DNA of 64,000 bases from an archaeon (GCA_004212155.1 RXIG01000002.1:1-64000), one strand, 5' to 3'. Counted from the stretch's first letter, positions 49,423-59,183 are shown. Translations and numbers: made by a program. Notes: generated from the sequence alone by a model not told the origin.

Positions 49423-50212
49423 GATACTCACATGTGGAGACGTAGTGGCACGTGTCGCACGACGATGTGTTCGGAGAGAACTGCGAGCACTGTGCGATCA
49501 TCGAGCGGAAGCTCTTGACCTGTTCCTTGGTCCCTTCGTCGATGGGTATGTAAAAGGAGCGGTCACATGCGGTGAGATAGGCCGCCGATAGAGGCACCTC
49601 CTCGCCCAGTTCGAACGAGACCAAAAGCGCGTTCGCCTTGAGCGCCATCGTGAGAAGTTCCTCCTGACGCGATGTAGGGAGCATCCAGGGTATGAACTGT
49701 ATGGGAACCGGTCCATGGGGCATGCGGGCAATGAGTGACACCGTCCCGACAATGCGGTGCCGGTAGTCGACGATGCGGCGCGCGACCATCTCGGGCGGAT
49801 GGGCGACAATGTTTGCAAACTCGTCGCCACATGCGCCGCTGCGCCGGATGCACTCTCGGCAGGCCTGTTCATGAACCATGCGTTCCCGAGAGAGCTCGTG
49901 GGCGACACGGCGTTCGACAGCCTCGTAGTCGATGTGGTCCAGGTGGCGCGAAGCGCGCGATATGGCATGGGCCACGGCTACGTCGGTGAGTGCGTCGTAT
50001 GCCTCCGTCACACTGTCTGGTCCCGTCGCGTGCATTGAAAGCTCATCACGCTCGTGCGCATAGAATGCTTCGCGCGCGCTGGTGGCAATCAGCTGCCATA
50101 TCCGGTCATCGCTCGGGTCGGGGTACGTTCGTTTGATTGTCGAGAGGTAGTATCTGTATGGGCACGCACAAAACTGCAGCACCGCCTCGTTGGATAGATA
50201 CCGCCTTGCCAC
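49406..50212 (-). CDS. Cas4-like paralog with degenerate nuclease site
   Basis: N-terminal CPYRYYL and C-terminal CDTCHYVSTC are retained; catalytic motifs are replaced by GTVSLI, PIQFIP and LKANALL. Confidence 0.75.
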   Translation of the reverse strand: MARRYLSNEAVLQFCACPYRYYLSTIKRTYPDPSDDRIWQLIATSAREAFYAHERDELSMHATGPDSVTEAYDALTDVAVAHAISRASRHLDHIDYEAVERRVAHELSRERMVHEQACRECIRRSGACGDEFANIVAHPPEMVARRIVDYRHRIVGTVSLIARMPHGPVPIQFIPWMLPTSRQEELLTMALKANALLVSFELGEEVPLSAAYLTACDRSFYIPIDEGTKEQVKSFRSMIAQCSQFSPNTSSCDTCHYVSTCEYHDNGN

Positions 50213-51022
50213 TCAATCACCGTCTATCTCCAGTGACATGTCCACGGCCGTCACCGAATGCGTGAGCGAGCCCATCGAGACGATGTCGACGCCCGTGTCG
50301 GCGTAGTCTGCTATGGTGTCTTTGGTTATCATGCCCGATGCCTCGAAGAGCGCCTTGTCGTGCCCCTCTTCCCTGAGGGTCGCGATGACCGTGCGGATCT
50401 CGCCAGGGGTCATGTTGTCCAGCATGATGATGTCTGCACCCGCAAGTGCAGCCTCACGCGCCTGGTCAAGCGTCTCTGCCTCGACCTCTATTCGTTTCGA
50501 AAATGAGAATTCTCTTGCCTGTCGCACCGCCTCTGTGATGCCCATTAGCTTGATGTGATTATCCTTGATGAGGAACATGTCGTCGAGGCGCCATCGGTGG
50601 GGGTCGCCCCCTCCCGCTATGATCGCCATCTTGTCGAGCTGCGGAAAGAGCGTCTTTCGCGTGCCAGCGACCTTCACGTGAGGGCCTGCCAGATCGACAC
50701 AGGTGCGCGTTGCGGTGGTAATGCCGCTCATGTGCTGTAGCACGTTGAGCACGGTGCGTTCGGCCGTGAGGATGTCCCTGATGTCGCCTTCAAGCGTGCA
50801 TAGCGTCGTTCCTTCGTTGACAAACGATCCGTCGCTTACACAGAGCTGCGTGCGAACGTTGCATGTCGCAAGCAGGTCGCAAGCGACCCCCAGGCCGGAG
50901 ATGTATGCGTCTTGTTTCACGCGTATGCTTGCACGCACCTCCCTGGGAGCGAGAAGCTCGGTGGTGATGTCGCCATATCCGATGTCGTTGTCCAGAAGCG
51001 TTCGCAGGGCCCCTATATCCAT
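50213..51022 (-). CDS. nadC: Nicotinate-nucleotide pyrophosphorylase (quinolinate phosphoribosyltransferase)
   Basis: GDITT, ER..LN....SGI.T, TRKT, HR..L.D..LIKDNH, IEVE, IMLDN and EASG. Confidence 0.95.
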   Translation of the reverse strand: MDIGALRTLLDNDIGYGDITTELLAPREVRASIRVKQDAYISGLGVACDLLATCNVRTQLCVSDGSFVNEGTTLCTLEGDIRDILTAERTVLNVLQHMSGITTATRTCVDLAGPHVKVAGTRKTLFPQLDKMAIIAGGGDPHRWRLDDMFLIKDNHIKLMGITEAVRQAREFSFSKRIEVEAETLDQAREAALAGADIIMLDNMTPGEIRTVIATLREEGHDKALFEASGMITKDTIADYADTGVDIVSMGSLTHSVTAVDMSLEIDGD

Positions 51023-51061
51023 GTGTATCAATGGCCCTTGCACGATATAACGATTTCGGTC

Positions 51062-53311
51062 CTATCCCGTCAATGCCCCGTAGTCGATCTCAAGAATGTA
51101 GACCTTGTTGCGGGGATTTGACGTGTCCTCGTAGATGACTGTAAAGGCGTCGTTATTGAAGAACTTGTTCCAATTGACCGGCACGCCAAATCCGCCGCCG
51201 CGATAGGCTCCAAGCCATCCGCGCGTGGCCATGTTGTCAGAGATGTAGACGTGGGTGATCCCGTAGCGCTCCCCTATCGTTTTTGTGAGCCCGGGGTCTG
51301 ATGTTTTGTAGAAGTCGTAGATGTCGTCCTGGACCTGTGCTGGCGCCTTGATGTAGTCGTTGAAGTCGATGTTGCGCAGCGGGAACAGTCCTCCGATGAG
51401 CGAACGGCCTGCGCACACACCGCTAATCATCTGTCCCGTATAGTAGTCGGCCACGATGAGGTCGTCGCGTTCTGAATTCGCCTTGAACCACACGGCTGCG
51501 TCGTAGTCCTCGATGAGGACGCCCGAGTTTGTGATCTTGGTGTCCATGTCGTAGTCGGGCACAGAGAATCCTGTGAGTGTGAAGTAGCCGATGCATGCGA
51601 GAAATATCATGAATCCATAGGCGAACGCGCGCTTGTGCTTGCGCAGTTCCATGATAAACAGCGACGAGAGCAAAGCGAACGGTTGTGCGAGGAAGATATA
51701 GAAACGATACCCCTCGAGGGGCCGCACCGTCGTCTCCCACATGAGCCCGTATTCACGCACGATGGAGAGGATGTTCTCACTGAATACCTCATAGAGCATG
51801 AAGATCGTCCAGAGGATGAGAAATGTCTCGAAGGCATTGTTGAGTATGAAGCTTGTGCTCTTCTTGTCGGTCTGGTAGGAGAACAGCAGTGGTATGAATA
51901 TGATGGCGAGCACGCCAAGCAGCGCGCGCGTGGTGAGGAAACGCTCTGCGATGTCACGCAGCCCTATGGCAGCTGAAGTGTTCGTCGCTATGAGCGAGGT
52001 CGCAACGACCAGCAACACAAACGATGCGAACGTCAACAGCGGGGGTGCCCCGTGCCAGCGCCGCGCCAGGGGTGCGCTAATGATGGGGATGGCAAGAAAC
52101 ACGAACAGGACGACGACGAGGCTTACGATCGCAAGATAGCTTGGAGAAAACGAGCTCTGGTAGAAGATGAACGTCTTCGTCCAGGCGCCGATGTTCCCTG
52201 CGTTATGCGTGAAGAATGTGGCTATGGCGCCTATGAGCAGGGCATCGATCATGGCGACGATGAGCGCGAATGCGCGCGATGTCTTGAACGCCGTCACGAA
52301 GAGGAACGCGGCTATGGCGGCAAGCATCGAGACGACAGGCGTCGTGACGGTCTTGCCCGCGAATATGCCGCACAAGGCTGAGAGTATGATCGTGAGCACG
52401 GCGATGTGCCATGGATTTGACGTCGTGTCCCTGTTGACATATGAGAGACGGTCGACGAGAAGGTAGCCGAATCCGATGAATCCGAGTATCATGAACGGTG
52501 CGCCGTAGGCGGTGAGGTGTGAGCCGAACGTCTGGAGCAGCGTGGATGTCGTGATGATAAATATCCACCAGTAAAACAGGAAGTCGGGCAGCCACCACCA
52601 GCTCGAGATGATAAGGCTCACCACGAGGGCGATGGCGGTGAACTTGATCTCATTGCGCACGGGACGCCTGTCCAACTTGAGCGCTATGAGGTAGAGCAGC
52701 ATGAGGCCCACCGTAATGAAAAAGGAGAGATGGGTGAGGAAGTTGATCCCAAGCAGCACCCCTATCCCGAGCGCCGCGTTGCGCGAGAACCCGTATCTCT
52801 GCCGTGACAGGTAGACGAGCACAACGGGGATGACCATGAGCGTGATCACCTGCGGGTCGGCTATGGCGCTGTACAGTATGAACGAAGGTGTGATGGCGAG
52901 GATGATGAGTGCGATGCGTGCTACCATCTTGTCGTACCATTCACGCACAAGGAAGTAGAAAGGAATGGGGGTGAACGCCTCGATGAAAGGCACGATGCGG
53001 GTCATGACGGTGGGAAGGTCCATGCCCGAGATGACCGAGAGGCCTGCGAACCCTACCATCGAGAGGGGCGGATACCAGAGCGGGACATCGCCGTAGGGGA
53101 TGTATCGAATGTCTGGTATGGGCAATGAATGGTAGTCAAGGATGTGTTGAGACATGCAGATCCTATACCAGACGTCGCCGAGGAAGACGGGAAGATGGCT
53201 GTCCATCTCGAGCTTCGGGGCCAGGCGTATGAAGACGCCAAATCCGTAAATTATCAGGATAAGGAGGATATCGTGGTCTTTGAGCCATTGTAAGAGGGAT
53301 TTGCCTTTCAT
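51062..53311 (-). CDS. GT-C superfamily polytopic membrane glycosyltransferase (PMT/STT3-like architecture)
   Basis: TM1 followed by GDVWY and YPP; many TM helices; soluble C-terminal domain with W.K.N..IVADYYTG and YGITHVYI. Confidence 0.7.
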   Translation of the reverse strand: MKGKSLLQWLKDHDILLILIIYGFGVFIRLAPKLEMDSHLPVFLGDVWYRICMSQHILDYHSLPIPDIRYIPYGDVPLWYPPLSMVGFAGLSVISGMDLPTVMTRIVPFIEAFTPIPFYFLVREWYDKMVARIALIILAITPSFILYSAIADPQVITLMVIPVVLVYLSRQRYGFSRNAALGIGVLLGINFLTHLSFFITVGLMLLYLIALKLDRRPVRNEIKFTAIALVVSLIISSWWWLPDFLFYWWIFIITTSTLLQTFGSHLTAYGAPFMILGFIGFGYLLVDRLSYVNRDTTSNPWHIAVLTIILSALCGIFAGKTVTTPVVSMLAAIAAFLFVTAFKTSRAFALIVAMIDALLIGAIATFFTHNAGNIGAWTKTFIFYQSSFSPSYLAIVSLVVVLFVFLAIPIISAPLARRWHGAPPLLTFASFVLLVVATSLIATNTSAAIGLRDIAERFLTTRALLGVLAIIFIPLLFSYQTDKKSTSFILNNAFETFLILWTIFMLYEVFSENILSIVREYGLMWETTVRPLEGYRFYIFLAQPFALLSSLFIMELRKHKRAFAYGFMIFLACIGYFTLTGFSVPDYDMDTKITNSGVLIEDYDAAVWFKANSERDDLIVADYYTGQMISGVCAGRSLIGGLFPLRNIDFNDYIKAPAQVQDDIYDFYKTSDPGLTKTIGERYGITHVYISDNMATRGWLGAYRGGGFGVPVNWNKFFNNDAFTVIYEDTSNPRNKVYILEIDYGALTG

Positions 53312-53325
53312 GCTTTGTTCCGTCC

Positions 53326-54300
53326 TTACTGTGTTGACAGGTCGTCTATGTTGGTGGCATAGATGTCCGGGTTGTCCTCTGCCGTTCCCGTCTGCATGCC
53401 GTCAAGGTCGTTTCGCCAATCGACCCACACGATGTATGTGGCATATACCTCAGGGCGTTCCTGATCGAGGACTGATGTCGTTACCTGGCGAATCGTGCCG
53501 CTCTCGATGTCGTTGAGGTAGATGTCCTTGTTGCCGTTGCGGTCGTCCTCCCAGACGATGTACTGTCCGTACACCGACGGATTGATCTGATTGGTGGGGC
53601 TGCTTGTCACCTGGGTCTGCACATTCGTTGTCAGATTGTACCTGAAGATGTCCCAGTTGCCGTTTCGATTGTCCTCCCAGACGACAGTATCGCCATGGAT
53701 CGATGGATTGAACTTGATCGACCGTCCGCTTGTGATCGTGCTTTCGTTACCCGTGGCGATGTCGTAGCTAAAGATGTTGAACTCCCCGAACCTGTTGTCG
53801 AGCCATATGATCGTATCATCGTAGATGCGCGGAGAGGTCTGGAACGGTTGCAGCTCGGGGTCGTCCATGGTGATGCGCTCCTCTTTTCCGTCCTCGATGT
53901 CGTACATGTAGATGTCCGAGTTGCCGTGGCGGTCGTCCTCCCAGACGATGACCGAGCCGTAGATGTCGGGATTCGTCTGATTGAACGGGTCGTTTGTGAT
54001 ACGCGAGGTCGCTCCGCTCTCGATGTCGTAGAGATAGATGTCCCAGTTGCCGTTTCGATTGTCCTCCCAGACGACCTTGCCCTGCCATGTGCGAGGATGG
54101 CGCTGATCGTTAGGGTTGTCGCTTAGGTTTACCTCGTCCGACGAATCGAGGTATTTGATGAAGATGTCCCATTTGCCATCCCTGTTGTCTTCCCACAGGA
54201 AAAACGCCCCTGCTCCCTCCATCTCCCCCATCACGGGGTTGTCCTGGTCTGCGAGGCTGCGCGTCACGGGAAATGTCAGGTCTCCCGTCGGTTCTATGGC
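53326..54300 (-). repeat. Seven ~42-aa beta-propeller blade repeats
   Basis: Protein repeats (I/V)VWEDxRxGxxDI; 40-bp exact DNA duplicate at 53646-53685 and 54036-54075. Confidence 0.85.
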
Positions 54301-55470
54301 CGTCTCGTCAAGCGCATAGACGGTAAGCGCAGTTATGACGAAAATGCCGATGAAGAGGGTGAGTATGCCTCGCCCACCGATGGGCAATCGCCTCTGTTTG
54401 CTTGTTTCCCTCTTTATCTTCGAGCGCTGGATGAGCGAGACACCGATGCCCATCACGGAGAGGAATCCGATCACGAGCAGCGAGAACACCATCTCGTTGC
54501 GTGTTATCTCGTTTTGGGTAAATGATGTGTACTGATATATGGTGCCAAAGATGCCACATGCCAGGATGAAGACGATGAGATGGTTCCATATATAGTTGAA
54601 TCCCCGCGTGTATGCGCTGATGACGTTGCCGGCAAGCGCCGCGAGGATGCCTATGTAGAGCAGCGGGAACGAACCATCGAAGAAGACGGTGAAGACGTAA
54701 CGCACCGATTCCCAGTTGAGGTAGGGCACCATGCCCCATTTGATGTTCTGGAATCCGTTGTAGGCGCCATACGCTGCGATGACGAGCGCTACGCTGTAGG
54801 CGATGAGCTTGATCTTTCTGGGCGTTATGCGCTCCCTGACGTAGTCGTCGACGCCAAACCCCTTGGCAAAGAGGTAGATGCCGACGATAGAGAACGTCGA
54901 GAACCACCCATACTTGGTGAACTCGGGAAAGAGGTAGGTGAACGCGTAGATCAGGATAATGATGCCGGGCAGCCCGAGAAGCAGTCCCGATACCTTGCGG
55001 TCCTCCATCATACGCTTGAGATAGCGGTGGAGGATGAAATAGGTGTCCTCCAGGCTCTCGCTTTGTTGCACCGTGACCCGTTCGATGGACACGAGTGACA
55101 ACTTCGATTGGAGTATGGGAAGGATGTTCTCGTCCTCCCTGCCGTCGGTCACCAGGATGGTGTTGCGCGTGTCATAGAGCGAGATGATCGTGTCGAGCTG
55201 CTCGGATATGACCATGTCTGATGTGACACCGACCTGCTTGTCGCCCGTCACACATGCAACATATACCTCGCGCCCCTCGGCCTCGAGCTGGTCGTAGAGC
55301 TTGATGCAGTGGAAAAGGACGTTGGTGTCAGATTCCGTCGGGTCCTTCACTCCCAGGGCAAGCGCAGTATCCATAAGTGCCTTTTTTCCCAGAATAGGGC
55401 CATTTATGCCTGTTTTATCTCCAATATCGTTGTCTCTGTCGACACCGAGAACGAGAATTTTTTTTTCCAC
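53326..55470 (-). CDS. DUF373-family membrane protein fused to a C-terminal beta-propeller
   Basis: N-terminal LVLGVDRDNDIG.K, DP.ESD.N, VTDG.EDE and VQQS..LE..Y; seven WED.R.G..DI repeats. Confidence 0.82.
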   Translation of the reverse strand: MEKKILVLGVDRDNDIGDKTGINGPILGKKALMDTALALGVKDPTESDTNVLFHCIKLYDQLEAEGREVYVACVTGDKQVGVTSDMVISEQLDTIISLYDTRNTILVTDGREDENILPILQSKLSLVSIERVTVQQSESLEDTYFILHRYLKRMMEDRKVSGLLLGLPGIIILIYAFTYLFPEFTKYGWFSTFSIVGIYLFAKGFGVDDYVRERITPRKIKLIAYSVALVIAAYGAYNGFQNIKWGMVPYLNWESVRYVFTVFFDGSFPLLYIGILAALAGNVISAYTRGFNYIWNHLIVFILACGIFGTIYQYTSFTQNEITRNEMVFSLLVIGFLSVMGIGVSLIQRSKIKRETSKQRRLPIGGRGILTLFIGIFVITALTVYALDETAIEPTGDLTFPVTRSLADQDNPVMGEMEGAGAFFLWEDNRDGKWDIFIKYLDSSDEVNLSDNPNDQRHPRTWQGKVVWEDNRNGNWDIYLYDIESGATSRITNDPFNQTNPDIYGSVIVWEDDRHGNSDIYMYDIEDGKEERITMDDPELQPFQTSPRIYDDTIIWLDNRFGEFNIFSYDIATGNESTITSGRSIKFNPSIHGDTVVWEDNRNGNWDIFRYNLTTNVQTQVTSSPTNQINPSVYGQYIVWEDDRNGNKDIYLNDIESGTIRQVTTSVLDQERPEVYATYIVWVDWRNDLDGMQTGTAEDNPDIYATNIDDLSTQ

Positions 55471-56081
55471 GCTTTATCCCCTTTATATGCGGCAATCGTA
55501 GTGTTTTCTATAAATGATTGTCTATAAAAAGTTTCTCTTCTTGTGGCTTGCACATAACGGCAACTTTGAACATAAAGGCCCAATTGGCTGAACATGAAGC
55601 TATGGCAATTTCCCATTGTTATAGGCTATTCCATACATATTCACTGTATGCGTTCTCATCCTAGTCTCTTTCGTGTACGCATATCAAACGCGCCAGGTGG
55701 CGCTGCGGGACTGCGTGTTCGCAGAGGCCTGTTCATACCGGCGACGGCAGCGTTGCCAACGCTGACGTGAACGTAGCATACTACATACTGAGAAAGACAT
55801 TTCCCAATGCGTTTGCGGGGATAGAGGATGCCATCTCGCATCCGGCACGCATGCCGCAGGCACTGCGTGCGAACGCACATGAAAAGATGCGACCTTATGT
55901 GCGAAGCCCCCTCTTGTAGAGGACCCAGGTAGGCCTACGTGATGGCCCACTCTTTCAAAAATGCGACGCATGGCGACAATGCTATCAAAAGGTCGTATGC
56001 ATTGATTATTTAAATGGCGCATGACCTCGTGGCCACTACGCATTGAAAATGAACAAAATCAGGAGGGTATGGAGTGTATTG

Positions 56082-56969
56082 CTAAAGGAAGTTGGATTCC
56101 TGTAGAATCCGCACTTCCTCGGTGCTTAGCTTCTCGCCGCTAATGAATCGGTCGTAGAGGTCTTTTGCCTGGACGTTGATCTCGTCCATCATCTTCTTGT
56201 TCTCTCTTTCCTTTTCCTTCGTGCGGCGGACATGTCCTTCAGCCTTTTTCTCGCCAATCTTGTCCCTGTGCCTGTTCATCTGGTCGCGTATCTTGCGAAG
56301 CTCGGCATAGGTGTTGTTGAGCACGGACTTCTTCGCTAAAAAGTCCTGATGCGCCTTGTCCGCCACCTTCTTGGTCTCGGATGCGCGCTGAGAGTAGTAT
56401 GTTACTCGCTCGTGATATTTGGCTGATTCCTGTGAGAACTCAACAACCTTTTCGTGTTCGGCATCGATATCCTTGCGAAGCTCGGATATCTGTTCGCGCA
56501 AGCTCTTGATCTTGTCACGCGTCTCCTTTGAGAGCTTCGTAGACTCAAGGTCCTTGCGCATATCGGCTATGTGAGTTATGAGCTTATTTTCCTCTTTGAG
56601 AGAGAGGACTGATGTTTCAAGTTTCCATTCCATCTCATCGATGCGCTTTTGCAGCTTGAATGGATTGGGAGAGGAACCGTCCTCATCGGTAAGTTCCTTC
56701 TTTATGCCCTTTAGCTCATCCTTTAGCTTAGAGAGTTCTTTGCGCTTTTCATCGCGTCGTTCCTTGTAGGCGGCAACTTCCTTGTTGGCCTCGTCCCTCT
56801 TCTCCTTAGCTTCCTTGAGCTGAGCCAATAACTCCTTGAATTGTTTATTGTTTTCATCTCTCTTTTTGATGCTTTCTTCTATTTCTGTCTTGAGAATATC
56901 GATTTTGTCTCTGAGCTCCTGATGTGATGTCTTTAATGTTCCAAGCTCTTTGTATAAGTCGTCTTCCAA
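56082..56969 (-). CDS. Archaeal coiled-coil protein (COG1340-like)
   Basis: Lys/Glu-rich heptads, KRDE.N repeats, EW..ET..LS...E and C-terminal F..GEKLSTEE; GGGGGAGT RBS before TTG. Confidence 0.82.
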   Translation of the reverse strand: MEDDLYKELGTLKTSHQELRDKIDILKTEIEESIKKRDENNKQFKELLAQLKEAKEKRDEANKEVAAYKERRDEKRKELSKLKDELKGIKKELTDEDGSSPNPFKLQKRIDEMEWKLETSVLSLKEENKLITHIADMRKDLESTKLSKETRDKIKSLREQISELRKDIDAEHEKVVEFSQESAKYHERVTYYSQRASETKKVADKAHQDFLAKKSVLNNTYAELRKIRDQMNRHRDKIGEKKAEGHVRRTKEKERENKKMMDEINVQAKDLYDRFISGEKLSTEEVRILQESNFL

Positions 56970-57113
56970 CTTGACTCCCCCGTAGAATTAGTCATACTTT
57001 ATGACATCCCTTTTTAAATTTTACCGTCTCGGACCCGTGTAGCCTCTTCATACCACCCCTCGGGGAGTAGTTAATTTTTTATAATAGCCGGCATTATGTC
57101 TCGATGGTGTTCC

Positions 57114-58520
57114 ATGATGTATCTCGTTCTCGGCCCCGGAACAGTGGGCTTTACGATCGCCTCGGCGCTCAAGGAGCGCGGGGAGACCGTAACGATCATT
57201 GAAAAGGAGGCCTCACGCGTCAAGGAGCTCAAGGAGAAGGGATTTGCCGTTATCGAGGGCGATTTTTTCTCTGCAGCATCGGCTGTGCGCAGGGCGATTG
57301 AGCAATCGAGCGTGATCTTCATCCTTACGGGCAAGGGCGAGACCAACAGCAAGCTTCTCACCTACGTTTATGACCTCAATCCCTATGCGTTCATCGTGGT
57401 GAGGGCCACGCGGCCCAAGGATGTCAAGGAGCTCAAATCCCGCGGTGCGGGTGCTGTGATCACGCCCCAGACGGCTATGGCAGAGGTCGCATTGCAGAAA
57501 CTCCATTCCATAGAGCGCATCGAGCGAGCGCGACGGCTGAAGCAGGGACTCAAGCGCGGAGAGCGTGTTGGCATCATCATGCATGATAATCCCGACCCCG
57601 ATGCGATCGCGTCCGCCATGGCGCTGCAAAGGATCGCCGATAAGCAGGGGGTCAGTTCGGACATCCTCTATGGCGGCAACATCGGCCACCAGCAAAACAA
57701 GGTGTTTGTCAATCTTTTGGGCATCGACCTTGTGCGCATCGACGAGTACAACAAATACCTCCTGAGGGGTTATGACCGCCTGGCGTTCGTTGACCTTTCA
57801 TCGGATGCGAACACGAGCATACTTCCGTCCGACATCACGCCTGATATCATCATCGACCACCATCCAAAGAGCGGGGACTATTCCCTCTCGGTGGAGGACG
57901 TACGAAGCCACATAGGCGCCGTCTCGACGATGCTGACGGAATATCTCGTCGACTTCGACATCGAGCTCAATGAATCGCTTGCCACGGCGCTGCTCTATGG
58001 CATCATGACCGATACCAACAACTTCAGGCGTCGCATATCCCGCGAGGACGTCGAGGCGGTGGCGTGGTTGCAGACGAAGGTCGACCAGGAGATGCTCTCG
58101 AAGATTGAAAACCCCACCATCTCATCCGAGGTACTAGACATCATCGGAAAGGCGGTGCTCGGTCGCGAGGTGGTCAACGGGTATGTCATATCGAACGTTG
58201 GCTACATCTCGAACAGGGACTCGCTCCCGCAGGCGGCCGAATACCTCCTCAATCTGGAAGGGGTCTCGACCGTGCTCGTCTTCGGCGTGCTCAACGACTC
58301 GCTCTACATATCTGCACGCACGAAGGATATCAAGCTCCATCTGGGACAGACGTTGGAGGAAGCGTTTGGCACCATCGGCTCGGCAGGAGGACACGTGTCG
58401 TCGGCCGGGGCGCGCATACCCCTTGGCATCTTTGGCATGATCGATGACAAGGAGATACTCAAGAGCCTTGCGGGCGAGGCGATAAAGAAGATGTTCCTCA
58501 AGGCAGTCGACGTTTACTAA
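57114..58520 (+). CDS. TrkA-N/RCK domain-fused DHH/DHHA1 phosphoesterase
   Basis: GPGTVG Rossmann N-terminus; HDNPDPDA, IDHH, YGI.TDT, SAR and GSAGGH. Confidence 0.88.
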   Translation: MMYLVLGPGTVGFTIASALKERGETVTIIEKEASRVKELKEKGFAVIEGDFFSAASAVRRAIEQSSVIFILTGKGETNSKLLTYVYDLNPYAFIVVRATRPKDVKELKSRGAGAVITPQTAMAEVALQKLHSIERIERARRLKQGLKRGERVGIIMHDNPDPDAIASAMALQRIADKQGVSSDILYGGNIGHQQNKVFVNLLGIDLVRIDEYNKYLLRGYDRLAFVDLSSDANTSILPSDITPDIIIDHHPKSGDYSLSVEDVRSHIGAVSTMLTEYLVDFDIELNESLATALLYGIMTDTNNFRRRISREDVEAVAWLQTKVDQEMLSKIENPTISSEVLDIIGKAVLGREVVNGYVISNVGYISNRDSLPQAAEYLLNLEGVSTVLVFGVLNDSLYISARTKDIKLHLGQTLEEAFGTIGSAGGHVSSAGARIPLGIFGMIDDKEILKSLAGEAIKKMFLKAVDVY

Positions 58521-58529
58521 TCAATTTCT

Positions 58530-59183
58530 TTAGAATTCCTTCATGATGCGTACGCCATGCGAGGTGCCGATGCGCGTGGCGCCCGCTTCGATCATGTCCT
58601 TGACAGCCTCGAGCGTTGAGATGCCGCCTGCCGCTTTCACGCCCACGTCGTCGCCAACGACGCGCCTCATGAGCCTGACATCCTCAACGGTGGCGCCGTA
58701 CCTGCCGAATCCGGTCGATGTCTTGACATATGCAGCGCCCGCACGCTTGGCAAGCTCACATGCCATGACCTTCTCCTCGTCGAGCAGGTCGCATGCCTCG
58801 ATGATCACCTTCACGGGCACACCGAGCGCGACAACCCGTGCGATGTCGTCTTCCACATCGCCGAATCGCTGGGACTTGAGCGCGGCGAGATTGAGGACCA
58901 TGTCGAGCTCATCGGCCCCGTCGTCGATCGCGATACGGCCCTCCTCTGCCTTGGTCTCGGTCTTGTTCTGCCCCAGCGGGAATCCTACGACGCAGGCTAT
59001 CTTCGTGGGTGACCCGTCGAGATGCTCGCGCGCTGTGGCCACCCAGTATGGATTCACACATACTGCGCCAAATCCGTGTTCAATGGCCTCTTTGGCTAGA
59101 GCGGTGATATCGTCGTGCGTAGCGTTCCCCTTGAGTTGAGTATGATCGATCATCGCTGCTAGTCGTTCCCTGTCGATATCCAT
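58530..59183 (-). CDS. deoC: Deoxyribose-phosphate aldolase
   Basis: IDHT.L, VCV.P, VVGFPLG, GADELDMV, KVIIE, VKTSTGF, KAAGGI and RIGTS. Confidence 0.96.
   Translation of the reverse strand: MDIDRERLAAMIDHTQLKGNATHDDITALAKEAIEHGFGAVCVNPYWVATAREHLDGSPTKIACVVGFPLGQNKTETKAEEGRIAIDDGADELDMVLNLAALKSQRFGDVEDDIARVVALGVPVKVIIEACDLLDEEKVMACELAKRAGAAYVKTSTGFGRYGATVEDVRLMRRVVGDDVGVKAAGGISTLEAVKDMIEAGATRIGTSHGVRIMKEF

Noticed and set aside
48607-50212. CRISPR-Cas locus suggested by the Cas4-like genes
   Set aside because: No repeat-spacer array and no cas1, cas2 or effector genes were seen anywhere in the window
55471-56081. RNase P RNA or SRP RNA
   Set aside because: The conserved signatures (GAGGAAAGUCC-like P4 strand; SRP helix 8 GGAA loop context) were not found on either strand
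57114-58520. TrkA-N + DHH fusion as a novelty
   Set aside because: This architecture is already common in euryarchaeal genomes
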